Origin: a virus
Lineage: Duplodnaviria; Caudoviricetes
Strand: one strand, 5' to 3'
IMG/VR virus record: IMGVR_UViG_3300021379_002051
Location: 1-58,233 of that record
DNA length: 58,233 nt
The notes beneath the pieces were generated by a model. That model saw only the letters and a list, made by a program, of their open reading frames with translations. It ran no database searches and had not been told where the DNA came from. Made by a program: the position numbers and the translations under genes. This document shows positions 39,481 through 50,134 of this stretch, piece after piece. The number at the start of each line of letters is the position of its first letter. The first letter of the stretch is position 1.

Positions 39481-41112
39481 TTATTTTTTACCTAGTCTGG
39501 AACGAACAAAGTCTACAAGAGCCGCTCTAGTAGATTCACCCTCATCAATAATCTCACCTCCAACGCTTACAGCAGCACTTGTATCTACTTCAACGTCATC
39601 AAGCAATTCTTCGTCGGATGATTCTTCTGCTGATGCCTCTTTCTTAGCCATCTCTTCTTCTTTTTTCATCATGGCTTCTTTTTTGGCCATCTCTTCTTCT
39701 TTTTTCATCGTGGCTTCTTTCTTAGCCATATCTTCATTCTTTTTGGCTATCAAAGCTGACATAGCCTCAAAAGCATCATCATCTAGATTTTCGAATTTTG
39801 TAATAAAAGCTTCTGCTTCTTCATGGTCAATGCCACTTTCGGTAAGAGAAGCCATTCTTTTTTGCATCTTTTCTTTCTTCTTCATCTCCTCTTCTTTTTG
39901 CTTGTATTCAGCAACAGTTTCGGATAAAGTATCAATCTGAGCTTGCATATCTTCTTTTTCTTTGAGAAGTTCAGCAAGAGTTGCTTCTTGAGATGCTTTC
40001 ATTTCTTCTAAAGAAGTCTGAGCTTCTGTTTTTTCAGAAATAGTAGCTTCTAATTCAGAGATACTTTTTTCTAATTTTTCAATTTTACTATTGTACTCTG
40101 CTTTGACACTTTCTAGTTCTTCGGCATGTTTAACTTCTGCACTACTCATAGCTACCTCATGTTCTTTAGTTAAATCGGAAATAGACGCATTTAGTGTATT
40201 GTTTGCATTTTCTAGCTCAGATACTTTTTGTTCAAGCTCTGCAGCCTTTACTGATAAATCTTCATGTTCTTTTTGTTCATTCATATTATCTTTCTCCACG
40301 CTAGAAATTGACTTATGATTAGATACACCTAAAAAATTAAATTTGTCATTTTTTTGTTCTTGATAAATCTTAGCAAAAACATCTTTTGTAAATATTATAC
40401 TATCTTCATTAGCAGGCTTGTCAACAAATCCTTTACCGCTAAAAGTAATATCTTTTAAAACTCTACCAATTCTGTAATTATCTTTTTCTCCTGTTCCGCC
40501 GTAAGCTCTTAAGTGTTTAGTGAGATGAGATGTGTCTTCATTTCTCTCTAAAACCTTATACTCTCCAGTAGAAACATCTTCTATCCCGTAATCAAAAGAT
40601 TTGAAATAGCACTCCATGCTAACATATTTGGTACCATTTTCTATTTCGCTAATTAATTTTTGTGCTCTCTCGGCTAAACTTTTACTACTATACCCTTTGT
40701 ATATTACAGAGCCAGTTACTATATGAAATTTAGTTGGTATATTTTCTAAATCGGTATCTTCTGGAATGATTTCGCCATCGACAGTAATGGGATAGTTGGA
40801 AGTAATATGTCCAACAATTTCATGTTCATCATGCTCTATATTTGTTGGTTTATCTTCTGGCGTATGCCTGGCAGCCCATACCTCAGCCTTATCAAAAATA
40901 TCATCATTTTTATTCCAGGATGAGCTAACCAATATAGATCTAACATAAAATAGATCTTTATCATCTATAGCAGCAATACTTTTTAAGGCATTTGGTAGTA
41001 CTATTTCTGATTTATCATTAACAATAATAGCTTCAGAAGCCATGGCCACGGACTCTGCAGCAATAAGCTTATCTGTTAAACCGTCATCTATTTCATTCTG
41101 ATATATGATCAT
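39481..41112 (-). CDS. prohead protease-scaffold fusion
   Basis: NKNDDIF, KPTNIEH, VSMEC, FSGKGFVDKPAN N-domain; C-terminal coiled coil with EEEMAKKEA repeats. Confidence 0.75.
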   Translation of the reverse strand: MIIYQNEIDDGLTDKLIAAESVAMASEAIIVNDKSEIVLPNALKSIAAIDDKDLFYVRSILVSSSWNKNDDIFDKAEVWAARHTPEDKPTNIEHDEHEIVGHITSNYPITVDGEIIPEDTDLENIPTKFHIVTGSVIYKGYSSKSLAERAQKLISEIENGTKYVSMECYFKSFDYGIEDVSTGEYKVLERNEDTSHLTKHLRAYGGTGEKDNYRIGRVLKDITFSGKGFVDKPANEDSIIFTKDVFAKIYQEQKNDKFNFLGVSNHKSISSVEKDNMNEQKEHEDLSVKAAELEQKVSELENANNTLNASISDLTKEHEVAMSSAEVKHAEELESVKAEYNSKIEKLEKSISELEATISEKTEAQTSLEEMKASQEATLAELLKEKEDMQAQIDTLSETVAEYKQKEEEMKKKEKMQKRMASLTESGIDHEEAEAFITKFENLDDDAFEAMSALIAKKNEDMAKKEATMKKEEEMAKKEAMMKKEEEMAKKEASAEESSDEELLDDVEVDTSAAVSVGGEIIDEGESTRAALVDFVRSRLGKK

Positions 41113-41144
41113 ATCGATTACCTCAATATAGTTTTGTTTGGCTA

Positions 41145-43334
41145 TTAAGCTGTATACACCATTGAATAATACGAAGCTTTAATTTGTCTTTTTTCTTCTT
41201 GTGATAGTTCTCTGCCAAAATCTTTCTGCAGATCTATAAGCCAATTTGAATATTCTGTGTACAATGAGTCATCAATGCTATTGAGACTCTCCATATGGTC
41301 AACACTTATAGTTTGGTTGGGTTTTAAATTGAGCAGGATATTTGTTTTGATTTTCTCTAGCTCTTTGTATTCTTCGCTAGATAGGGCTCTTAAGTTTTTC
41401 TTGTTGACTATTTCTAGAAAAATAGGATTAATAATCTGGTTTATTTTGTCTTGTGCTGAGAGTGCCCACACATTTAATTTAGCTCCTGTTCGGGGCTGAA
41501 ATGTTCTTTCTTTTCTGGTGGTAGAATCTTTAGAGTTTTTGGGGCGCCCTTGTTGTGGTTCTTCTGGCAAAGATTCTGATGGCGAATCATTTGCCAACTT
41601 CGTCCTCTTTGCCTCCTTTTGCTTTAGGTCTAGTACTGAAGATTCGCCTTCTTTTTTAGGTAACAAATCCAGACCTACTTCACTTGGGCTAGCAATACCG
41701 GACTGCAAAGCTATTTTCCTCAATGAATTCTCCGGCTGAGGATCGTGCCAAGGTGATGCTTTTTGGCTCATGTTCTTATTTTTCCTAGATCGATATTCTT
41801 TTTTAATTCTGATATTTTCCATTTCTGGATCAAATCCAAATCTTGATTGCAATAATTCATCAGAGATTAAGCTTCTATCTGCTAATTGTATCAACAAAGC
41901 TTTTTCGGATTCTTCGTTAGATAAGTCCATTCTATCAAATTGTATTCTAGCTGGATATTTGAAACCCATAGCTTTTTGTAGATCTTCTATCTCTTTATTC
42001 CAGAAAGAAACCAGCACATCCCTGCCGTACTGCAATCTTTGAGTCAAGGTTTTTAAGCTGATAAAATTATTGGTCGTACCAGCTGCTCCAAAAGTACCAG
42101 TCAATGTTGGAGGAATACCAAGACCAGCATACACACTATTCAAGTGAGGTATATATTTACCTTCTCCTAAGAACTGATGTACATTGGTCTTAGATTCTAA
42201 TAATTCTATATCTGGACCCCATACAAGATCCATAGTTCCTCCGCCAACATTATTACCAAGTATCTGTGCTAATTTAGCGGTTGCTGCTTTGGTGGGAGCT
42301 ATTTTGTGCTCTAAATTTCCTAACTTAAATATTCTGATATTAGAAATAGCACCATCTAAAGCTGCCATATCTGCCAATTTTAGTTTTTCAATAACTGTAA
42401 TATCGTCCATAATAGAATATATCATTGGAAAAGCCCAACTTTGCCAATCGTCTTTCTTATAATGAAAGACTGATACTTTTTCTGGGTCTAATGGATATTT
42501 ATTTTTTTCTTTTGCTGCTTCTATGATATATTCTGGTAAATTACTAACAATAGTTTTTTCTGCTTCACTTTTTGGTGAATTAATTATTTTTCTAATAGAT
42601 GCTGGTAAAATAACCTCATACCTTTTATCATGTACAAAAGACGATAATGCCCCAGATGCTGAGTCTACATACGCAGGATCTAAGAATGTATATATCCAAG
42701 GTATCTCTTTTTTTGATATGCTCGACTTATCAATAATATCAATAGTTTTTAGATCTTCCACTCCCATGCTTTTGTATAAAGAGTCTTCTATTTTTTTGTT
42801 AATTTTAGCTGTTTGTTTACTAACAACAACATTACCAGTTTTGTATAGATTATTAAGAAATCTCTCGCTACGATCTTTACCGTTTACTTTTTTAAACCAT
42901 TTACGATAAAATCTTTCTATTTTCTTGTCTGGATGTACTAAAGCTATACCTTGAGCTGCAAAATCACCCATTAAATCAATAACATTTTTTACTAGACCAA
43001 CCCTATTGTATATATCTTCAGCCCTTTTAATAATAAGCTTAGTATGTTTTGAGTTGGGAACAGCTTCATCTGGCCTAAAATAATCATAATCGGTTCTAGT
43101 AAGTCCAGGTCTACCTGAAGTATTAGAATCCAGATTGGAATAATCGATACTGTATCTCCTGCTAGCTGCAGTGGATTTTTGTACCAACGTAAATTCTTCC
43201 AACGATTTAGAAGCTTCATTTAATGCTATTTGTTTAGCTTCTATATTATCGTCAGACCATGTTAAATAAGCTTTTTCAGGAACTGTTTCTGCGTCTTGAA
43301 TGATATCTTTAGGTGATTTTTTATTATTGGCCAT
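41145..43334 (-). CDS. portal protein
   Basis: 729 aa directly after terminase; VKNVIDLMGDF, AGLGIPPTL. Confidence 0.8.
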   Translation of the reverse strand: MANNKKSPKDIIQDAETVPEKAYLTWSDDNIEAKQIALNEASKSLEEFTLVQKSTAASRRYSIDYSNLDSNTSGRPGLTRTDYDYFRPDEAVPNSKHTKLIIKRAEDIYNRVGLVKNVIDLMGDFAAQGIALVHPDKKIERFYRKWFKKVNGKDRSERFLNNLYKTGNVVVSKQTAKINKKIEDSLYKSMGVEDLKTIDIIDKSSISKKEIPWIYTFLDPAYVDSASGALSSFVHDKRYEVILPASIRKIINSPKSEAEKTIVSNLPEYIIEAAKEKNKYPLDPEKVSVFHYKKDDWQSWAFPMIYSIMDDITVIEKLKLADMAALDGAISNIRIFKLGNLEHKIAPTKAATAKLAQILGNNVGGGTMDLVWGPDIELLESKTNVHQFLGEGKYIPHLNSVYAGLGIPPTLTGTFGAAGTTNNFISLKTLTQRLQYGRDVLVSFWNKEIEDLQKAMGFKYPARIQFDRMDLSNEESEKALLIQLADRSLISDELLQSRFGFDPEMENIRIKKEYRSRKNKNMSQKASPWHDPQPENSLRKIALQSGIASPSEVGLDLLPKKEGESSVLDLKQKEAKRTKLANDSPSESLPEEPQQGRPKNSKDSTTRKERTFQPRTGAKLNVWALSAQDKINQIINPIFLEIVNKKNLRALSSEEYKELEKIKTNILLNLKPNQTISVDHMESLNSIDDSLYTEYSNWLIDLQKDFGRELSQEEKRQIKASYYSMVYTA

Positions 43335-43381
43335 TTTAATTCTATTGTAATTGTTATGTTATTCGTTTGGAATGCTATACA

Positions 43382-45406
43382 CTATTTTCTGTATACCCCG
43401 CCATAAATATTATCTTCATTAACGGCGGATGTAAACCATGCTGGCCCTTTATACATCTCACCTTTATGAGATACCATATTTCTAGTATCGCCTCCTACAA
43501 CATCATATTCGACCGAAGGCATACTATTTCTGATTTGTCTCGCTAGCATATTAGCTATAACTAGAGAACTATATCGGTCTTTTCTTAGTCTTCCTTTTTT
43601 ACCGTTTTCTAACTTCACTTCTGGGGTGTCCCATCTGTCTCTAGCATTAGGACCATTACTAGTTTGAGACATGACTATTGTGGTAAGTTCATTTTTAAGC
43701 TCTTCTATTTCCAGTATGCAAGTTGTCAATGTGTCGTGTAAGAGATCTACATCATCTACCTCAACATTTTGTCCACTTTCTGCCATAGATAAACCTATGC
43801 TAAGATTATCAAAAAACGGAAATAATAATAATTTGTCCTCTAAATCTTTTCTTAGTCCATGATTAGCCTGAGATGTCCAGTCAGCTTTGGCAAATTGCAC
43901 TAAATCTAAAATATGTAAACCTGCTTGATTATCGGAATCTCTACTTTTACCATCTTCTATAGATGGCCACAGCGGTAATTCTCCTTCTTGTATCTTTGAA
44001 GGATCATGTAAAGCTTCTTCGATAGCAATGCCTCCTCCCTGTGCATCCATACCTATTCTTACAGGAGGAAATATTTTCATCAGATCACGAATTTTTCTAG
44101 CGCAGAATCCGTAAAAATCATGATCGTTAGTAATACCGACTTTATTTCTCACTCTAAAGTTTGCTCTATTTGTTGTCCAACAATATACTATGCGAGAATG
44201 ATCGGGATGACACTCTAATATGACAATACTAAAATTATCTTTCTCTGAAGCTGGGTCAATGCCGTATATGTATTCTAGTTTAGGATCACCTTTAATTTTT
44301 GCCTCAAACCATATATCTCGACCATTAATTTGAATAGTATTATTGTTAGATATAACACAGCTTTCTATCAAACTTCTTTTGAAAAAACCACGGCTGTCAT
44401 TTACAAAACATGCAGCATATTCCATGTTATATATTCCAGAATGTATAGTAGCTTTGGCTCTTGCAACCTGTTTGTCATCCATAAAACCTTTGGGTATTAA
44501 TTCATAAGGAACCCTGATTACTGAATAATCTTTCCAGTTAAAATTTTCAGGAACCTCTCCCTTAAAGATCTTAGACAGTTTAGTGTGATCTCCACCACTC
44601 TCAATAATGGATTTATATCTATTCCAATACTGTGCGAAGTGTTTAAAACCATAATCAGCAGTACCGCTAATAATGGCTTGATTACCATTTTTCTTGGATA
44701 AAATATCTAATTCCTCTGTCCACAAACCAGCATCAATCAATGCCTGTCTTTTAGCCTGTGCTTTTACATTTTCTATAGGGCTTGCACTAACAGCAGCAAA
44801 ACCCGCTACTACAGTTTCGTAGATTTCGGGAGACATAGATGCAAATTCATCGGCTATGATTATATGGGCTCTAAGGCCTCTAATTTTACTACCATCGCCC
44901 ATTGGGATAGCTATAGTCCAACTGTCTCCCAATCTTAAAGTACATCTGTCCACATCTCTTCTTGGACCATCTTCATTGCCGCTAAAAATACTTCTTAATA
45001 TAGGACTATTACGCCAAATATTTTCCATATACTCAAAAAGAATTTTACTCTGTCTGAACCCGGCACCAACCACCACGATTTTAGTGCCGGGAACAAATGA
45101 GCACTTCAATATGCAATATAAGCTCATCAAAAAAGATTTACCAAAACCACGACTAGCTATAAACATAGGAAAAGGTCTGTGCCAAAACTCTTGTAATATA
45201 GCCACTTGTATAGGATGTAATTCTATACCAAATAGCATTTTACAAGTTGCACCCAGATATTCTGTTTGCCTCATAATTTTTAACAAATGCTTATCTGGAT
45301 GCTCTATGTCATCTTTGGACCTATTTACCATCAGATTTTTCTTTATATCTAATGTAGATAAGTCTCCAAGTCCTAACCAAGCATTTTCATATATCAAATT
45401 AGCCAT
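43382..45406 (-). CDS. terminase large subunit
   Basis: Walker A ASRGFGKS, Walker B IRGLRAHIIIADEF, coupling ISGT, nuclease YGIDPA and KDRYSS. Confidence 0.92.
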   Translation of the reverse strand: MANLIYENAWLGLGDLSTLDIKKNLMVNRSKDDIEHPDKHLLKIMRQTEYLGATCKMLFGIELHPIQVAILQEFWHRPFPMFIASRGFGKSFLMSLYCILKCSFVPGTKIVVVGAGFRQSKILFEYMENIWRNSPILRSIFSGNEDGPRRDVDRCTLRLGDSWTIAIPMGDGSKIRGLRAHIIIADEFASMSPEIYETVVAGFAAVSASPIENVKAQAKRQALIDAGLWTEELDILSKKNGNQAIISGTADYGFKHFAQYWNRYKSIIESGGDHTKLSKIFKGEVPENFNWKDYSVIRVPYELIPKGFMDDKQVARAKATIHSGIYNMEYAACFVNDSRGFFKRSLIESCVISNNNTIQINGRDIWFEAKIKGDPKLEYIYGIDPASEKDNFSIVILECHPDHSRIVYCWTTNRANFRVRNKVGITNDHDFYGFCARKIRDLMKIFPPVRIGMDAQGGGIAIEEALHDPSKIQEGELPLWPSIEDGKSRDSDNQAGLHILDLVQFAKADWTSQANHGLRKDLEDKLLLFPFFDNLSIGLSMAESGQNVEVDDVDLLHDTLTTCILEIEELKNELTTIVMSQTSNGPNARDRWDTPEVKLENGKKGRLRKDRYSSLVIANMLARQIRNSMPSVEYDVVGGDTRNMVSHKGEMYKGPAWFTSAVNEDNIYGGVYRK

Positions 45407-46004
45407 TAGCTGCAGCTGTCTGTTGTTCTTTAGCCTTTAGCTTTCTTGATTTATTAATTGCTCTATTAACCATTACTCTAGCAACAGTTTCAACATATGG
45501 CAAGCTTCTCTTTTGACTTTCATCCTTAAGCCAATTGAGTATAGTATCTATATTCTGCTCACACCAATCCGGACCTTCATCATTCATCTGCAAAGCATGT
45601 CTCCTACAAGAGCATGTGGATGTACTCTTAATTCCAAGAGCGCTAATCATGCCAGTTAAAATACTACCAGGGCCATTAGGGTCTTGCTCTAATGTTCTTG
45701 GATAATTAGCTTGTAGTTTTACCTGTATCTCTTCGCTTGTTGTGCCTATAACACCAGCCAATAATGTGTCTAACTCTGATCTTGTATAATCCCCAAGACC
45801 ATCATAGGTTTGACCTGTCGCCAAATAATAGCTACCTGGAGCACTTTCTATAGTGGCATACAGATACTTTCTGCTAGTGTCATCATGATAAGTAATTTTT
45901 AATTCTTCCAAAACTACAGGATCAGGCGTAACCACTTTATTGGTTTGCTGATCAGTAGTAGGTGGTGGATTCAAAGTAATGGGACTATCTAGTTTCATAA
46001 TCAA
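45399..46004 (-). CDS. hypothetical protein
   Basis: 201 aa; CSC..A..MN..GPDWC motif. Confidence 0.6.
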   Translation of the reverse strand: MIMKLDSPITLNPPPTTDQQTNKVVTPDPVVLEELKITYHDDTSRKYLYATIESAPGSYYLATGQTYDGLGDYTRSELDTLLAGVIGTTSEEIQVKLQANYPRTLEQDPNGPGSILTGMISALGIKSTSTCSCRRHALQMNDEGPDWCEQNIDTILNWLKDESQKRSLPYVETVARVMVNRAINKSRKLKAKEQQTAAANG

Positions 46005-46480
46005 TTCTCCTTGTTATTTAACTCTAAGTAATAAACTCTTTTAAATATGTATTCCGCTATATCTATAGCATTTGTGGTATTATCGCAAAATAAAACATTG
46101 ATACCATATTTTAACTGCCAATCCAAAATACATTTAACTAAAAAATTTGGTGAAATTTTAATCTTGTTCCACACCCTTTCTGGTAACTCTGAACCAATAG
46201 GAAATTTTAAAACTTTGGACATATCAAACTCTAACAGGAAAAACGGATATTTGAATGTAGACATTCTTTCAAGCACATCCGTAAAACGCTTTTCCGTAAT
46301 ATTATTTGCTATCTCTCCAACAGTTTTCTTTCTTTCGATAGCCAAAATATCTTCAAAACCAGCAATAGTGTAATCTCCGGTATCCAATTTTTGTTTAGCT
46401 GTAGTATAATTATAAAACTCCCAAGGTATTTGTTCTCTAGTATCAACTAATATAGTAACATCTGGATATTTACTTGTCAT
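46001..46480 (-). CDS. ERCC4-type nuclease
   Basis: VDTREQ, LDTGDY, IERK motifs. Confidence 0.85.
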   Translation of the reverse strand: MTSKYPDVTILVDTREQIPWEFYNYTTAKQKLDTGDYTIAGFEDILAIERKKTVGEIANNITEKRFTDVLERMSTFKYPFFLLEFDMSKVLKFPIGSELPERVWNKIKISPNFLVKCILDWQLKYGINVLFCDNTTNAIDIAEYIFKRVYYLELNNKEN

Positions 46481-46748
46481 TATTCTTTTTGTTATTAATG
46501 GCTATTTTTTTAAAGACACTCTCATAATAGGTTTCTTGTCCAGAAATCATCTTATGATGTAAGTTACATAATGTAATACCATTATCCTCATTATATCTTA
46601 AACCTGGATTATCACACCATCTATGTATATGATGTACATTTAACTTGCTTTTTTTATTACACCCAATCCACTGACATCTGTGCCTATCTCTGGCTAAAAC
46701 TTTCTGCCTAAATTTTTTATACGCTGGATCACTATAGTCTCTCTTCAT
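46470..46748 (-). CDS. HNH endonuclease
   Basis: RD..RCQ..C..LNVHHI..NGITLC..HH. Confidence 0.85.
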   Translation of the reverse strand: MKRDYSDPAYKKFRQKVLARDRHRCQWIGCNKKSKLNVHHIHRWCDNPGLRYNEDNGITLCNLHHKMISGQETYYESVFKKIAINNKKNNDK

Positions 46749-47727
46749 AGTATTTGATATCCGATTTTACCATTTCAGAAACAAGTTGATTGAAACTAAT
46801 ACTAGGGGACCATCCTAGTTTTCTCTTAGCCTTGCTACAATCACCCAACAAAAAATCTACCTCTGCGGGTCTATAGAGACTAGGATCAATTTCAAGGTAA
46901 TCCTTATAATTTAGATCGATTTCATTAAAAGCTAGTTCTAAAAATTCTTGTACGCTATGTGTGCTACCTGTGGCTATTACATAATCATCTGGATATTCTT
47001 GATTAAGCATCATTCTCATAGCTTCGACATAATCTCTAGCATGCCCCCAATCACGATAACTATAAATATTACCTAGTTTCAGCTTATCCTCAGTTAGTCC
47101 ATTAATCAACCTACCCAAATATTTAGTAATTTTTCTGGTAACAAAATTCTCCCCTCTTTTAGGACTCTCGTGATTAAATAATATTCCACTACAAGCATAT
47201 AGACCGTAGCTCTCTCTGTATAATTTTACCATTTGATGAGAAGCAACTTTAGATACAGCATATGGACTTTGGGGGCTGAAATCTGTAGATTCATCTTGAT
47301 ATTTTTCTTTTTCCGTAGAAGAACTATAATTAGAACCAAACATTTCGCTAGTGCTAGCTTGATAAAATCTAGTTTTAGGTGAAACACTTCTAATAATCTC
47401 AAGGATAGATACTACGCCATGAGTATTTATATTAAAGGTATTGATAGGTTGATCAAAACTAGTCCCGACATGGCTCTGGGCAGCTAAATTATAGAATTCA
47501 TCCGGTAAATATTGCGTGATAATTCTATGTAAGGAAGAGTAGTCTGTCAAATCAAATTCTTGCAAATTCAACATAGGATGTTTTATATGTTTTTCAATTC
47601 TCCAAAAATTATTGGTACTATTTCTTCTATATAAACCAATAACATTGTATCCTCTAGACAGTAAAGAACTCATTAAATAGCTGCCATCTTGTCCTGTAAT
47701 ACCAGTAATAATAGCTGTTTTATTCAT
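46732..47727 (-). CDS. gmd: GDP-mannose 4,6-dehydratase
   Basis: ITGITGQDGSYL, YNLAAQSHV, YQASTSE, SPYAVSK, FNHESP.RGENFVTRKI, RDWGHA. Confidence 0.95.
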   Translation of the reverse strand: MNKTAIITGITGQDGSYLMSSLLSRGYNVIGLYRRNSTNNFWRIEKHIKHPMLNLQEFDLTDYSSLHRIITQYLPDEFYNLAAQSHVGTSFDQPINTFNINTHGVVSILEIIRSVSPKTRFYQASTSEMFGSNYSSSTEKEKYQDESTDFSPQSPYAVSKVASHQMVKLYRESYGLYACSGILFNHESPKRGENFVTRKITKYLGRLINGLTEDKLKLGNIYSYRDWGHARDYVEAMRMMLNQEYPDDYVIATGSTHSVQEFLELAFNEIDLNYKDYLEIDPSLYRPAEVDFLLGDCSKAKRKLGWSPSISFNQLVSEMVKSDIKYYEERL

Positions 47728-48553
47728 GATTTTCCTCTTCTACCTGCTCAGGAAAAAGAAAAGGTTTATCTAAATTTCCGTCTGCATATTCGTGTAAGGT
47801 CTGTAAGTTCTGTTTAAATTTTTGTGTTGCCATACTCAAGATTTCCATTTCCCTGCCTTGCTTTTCTCTGGTTTCCTCATCCTCTAGCATTCTTATTAAA
47901 CCAATCCAACTACTCTTACCATCTTCGATACGCTTAATTCTTTGCTCTCTAGTAGCTTTTAGATCTTTACTAATTCTTTGCTGCTCTGCTAACAACTTAG
48001 TATATTCATTAGTATAATTAGCTATACTATTTCTGGCAAAACTTAACTGGGTTTCTAGATTGCTTAACTTAGCAGTGTCTCTATCTGATTCTGGCATAGA
48101 ATATTCAAAATCTACTTGCTTCTGTAATTTTTCTGTTTCACTAATATGTCTTTTTCTCTCCTTCATGCTGCGATTAATTAATATATCAATCGTAATAAAC
48201 TGTTTAATTTGCAGTTCCTCGGCTGGCAATACATCCTCTCTAAATTGTTTGATTAAATTAATCCAAGTAGCTTCAAAATATTGTAACTCACCACTCGGCT
48301 CATCAAACTGCTTTTGTATCTCAGACCAGAAGCTTTTAGCATACAATTTTTGTCGAATCATAGAATCTACAACACTATCCTCACTCAAAGAGTTTTCGCT
48401 AATATACTTTTTTATCGGAGCTGTACTTCTATTGAGATGGTCTGCAATTTGATCAATAGAAAGCTTGTTGAAATTTTGTTTAATATAATCTTGCTCCTCT
48501 AAAGACAACTGTCCTTTTTTTCTAGGAACACTACTTTTTTTTCTGGTAGTCAT
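47720..48553 (-). CDS. HTH plus coiled-coil protein, candidate terminase small subunit
   Basis: N-terminal HTH (SIDQIADHLNRS), long coiled coil, upstream of terL. Confidence 0.45.
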   Translation of the reverse strand: MTTRKKSSVPRKKGQLSLEEQDYIKQNFNKLSIDQIADHLNRSTAPIKKYISENSLSEDSVVDSMIRQKLYAKSFWSEIQKQFDEPSGELQYFEATWINLIKQFREDVLPAEELQIKQFITIDILINRSMKERKRHISETEKLQKQVDFEYSMPESDRDTAKLSNLETQLSFARNSIANYTNEYTKLLAEQQRISKDLKATREQRIKRIEDGKSSWIGLIRMLEDEETREKQGREMEILSMATQKFKQNLQTLHEYADGNLDKPFLFPEQVEEENHE

Positions 48554-49205
48554 TTAGCATCTCTTGTATATGTTTCTGTAATTTATCTAAATACTTTTTA
48601 CTAATTTTAGATCCGTGTTTAAGTTTTAGATAATGCTCCCTATATTCTTTAGAAATATTATTGTCTATATATTCTAATATCTCCTTATCCTCTATAAAAG
48701 ATAAGCTTAAGTTATCATCGTTAATTATATTATGATCTGAAATATGATTAAGCTGCATAATATTTTTCTTAGATTCATTTCTTTCATGCCAAGACCTATA
48801 CTCTTTGCACGATAATTTATCATTAAATTTCGTACATTGATTTGAGCTTTGTTTTAGATGCTTATCATAAAAAGGACAGGATTTGCAAGGTAAATCAGGT
48901 CTCTGATAATTGTTCCTTTTAAAATTAAACAACCTGTTTCTGACATGAGTCCATAGAAAGTTTTCTAATGGTCTGACTCCATCATATTTTTCTAATCCTT
49001 CTAGTGCAAAAATAGCAGCTTGTTGCTTCATGTCTTCAATATCATGATATCCAAATTTAAACTTATAGCTTAATTTTTTGGATATTTTATTCCAAACATT
49101 AACAAATTCTTCATCTGAAACTTTAACCTGCTTATTGTCCGGATTCTGGTCCGGATTCTTGTTCTTTGTCTGTTTCTGTTTCTTCTTGGCTTTGTTTTGA
49201 GTCAT
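48531..49205 (-). CDS. sigma-70-family region-2-like factor (putative late sigma)
   Basis: DIEDMKQQAAIFALEGLEKYD..LENFLWTHVRNRLFN; Cys-rich insert. Confidence 0.7.
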   Translation of the reverse strand: MTQNKAKKKQKQTKNKNPDQNPDNKQVKVSDEEFVNVWNKISKKLSYKFKFGYHDIEDMKQQAAIFALEGLEKYDGVRPLENFLWTHVRNRLFNFKRNNYQRPDLPCKSCPFYDKHLKQSSNQCTKFNDKLSCKEYRSWHERNESKKNIMQLNHISDHNIINDDNLSLSFIEDKEILEYIDNNISKEYREHYLKLKHGSKISKKYLDKLQKHIQEMLNDYQKKK

Positions 49206-49311
49206 TCAATAAAGATGCTATGCTTTTTCCTTCGGGTTTATGTAAATCTTCCCCAACATCTATGTCTGATACGATATTTAATATGCTGCCTGTTAATTGT
49301 GCTTGCTTCAT
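49132..49311 (-). CDS. possible 59-aa protein
   Basis: Hand-translated MKQAQLTGSILNIVSDIDVGEDLHKPEGK...; preceded by the RGTGTAT motif; overlaps the next ORF by 74 bp. Confidence 0.4.
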   Translation of the reverse strand: MKQAQLTGSILNIVSDIDVGEDLHKPEGKSIASLLNDSKQSQEETETDKEQESGPESGQ

Positions 49312-49391
49312 AATGTAACTTGCCTTTTGTTAAGGTTCTACTATAATAATACACCGGTTTATAAAATTGTCAATGTATCCCAGAGACTATC

Positions 49392-49595
49392 ATGAAATAT
49401 AAAAAATGGAATAATCAAGAACTAGATTTCATCAAAAATAATTTTACAGTTATGTCTGATGCTGATCTGGCTCAAAGACTAAGCAAAGAAAATGAAAAAA
49501 TTACTGTATATATGATTAGAAGACAGCGCAGAAGTATACAGGCTAATAAAAAAAGAGGAAGACCCAGAAAAACAAATAACAATGATAATCAATGA
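49392..49595 (+). CDS. small DNA-binding protein (HTH plus AT-hook-like)
   Basis: KWNNQELDFIK..SDADLAQRL..RRQR..KKRGRPRK. Confidence 0.7.
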   Translation: MKYKKWNNQELDFIKNNFTVMSDADLAQRLSKENEKITVYMIRRQRRSIQANKKRGRPRKTNNNDNQ

Positions 49596-50106
49596 TTTGA
49601 TATCTATTTTTCAGTACTGTCTGATAATTTTTGCATTCATATCCATAATAATGATTATGATTTATAGCAATGCTTATTATTATACAATAATGTCCTATAT
49701 ATATCAACACAGCATATTCAACACTATCAATAATGGTCTACAATTCAGTCATGCCTGGAACCATTTTGGAGGACCGTCTATGCCGTTCGACGTATCAATA
49801 AAAGCTATTATTTATCAGGATGAAAAGAGATACGAGATTGTTTTATATGATCCTGCCACAAACACGACTTGGCAAAATAAAAAAATCAATGTGCTAGATG
49901 CTAAGTGGTTTGAATATGTGAAAAACGGTAATCAAGATGCAGTGAAAGCATTATATAATTATTTACAAAGACTGTATCGTACTGATCGCATACAAATACA
50001 GGCACACTTTCAGCCAATGAAAGGTTTTCATGCTATAAATTACCAACATCAAGGTTTTGTACATGATATAAATATACAACAAGAAGGTGGTCAAGACGCT
50101 CATTAA
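49582..50106 (+). CDS. membrane-anchored SdpA/DUF5819-like protein
   Basis: N-terminal TM; GLQFSHAWNHFGGP recalls the W.MFAP motif; upstream of HTTM gene. Confidence 0.45.
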   Translation: MIINDLISIFQYCLIIFAFISIIMIMIYSNAYYYTIMSYIYQHSIFNTINNGLQFSHAWNHFGGPSMPFDVSIKAIIYQDEKRYEIVLYDPATNTTWQNKKINVLDAKWFEYVKNGNQDAVKALYNYLQRLYRTDRIQIQAHFQPMKGFHAINYQHQGFVHDINIQQEGGQDAH

Positions 50107-50134
50107 CCAGCAGCCATAGAAGGAAACACCGTGG

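Noticed and set aside
12249-45406. Inteins in tape measure or terminase
   Set aside because: No C/S...HN splice junctions or LAGLIDADG blocks recognised; terminase length is ordinary.
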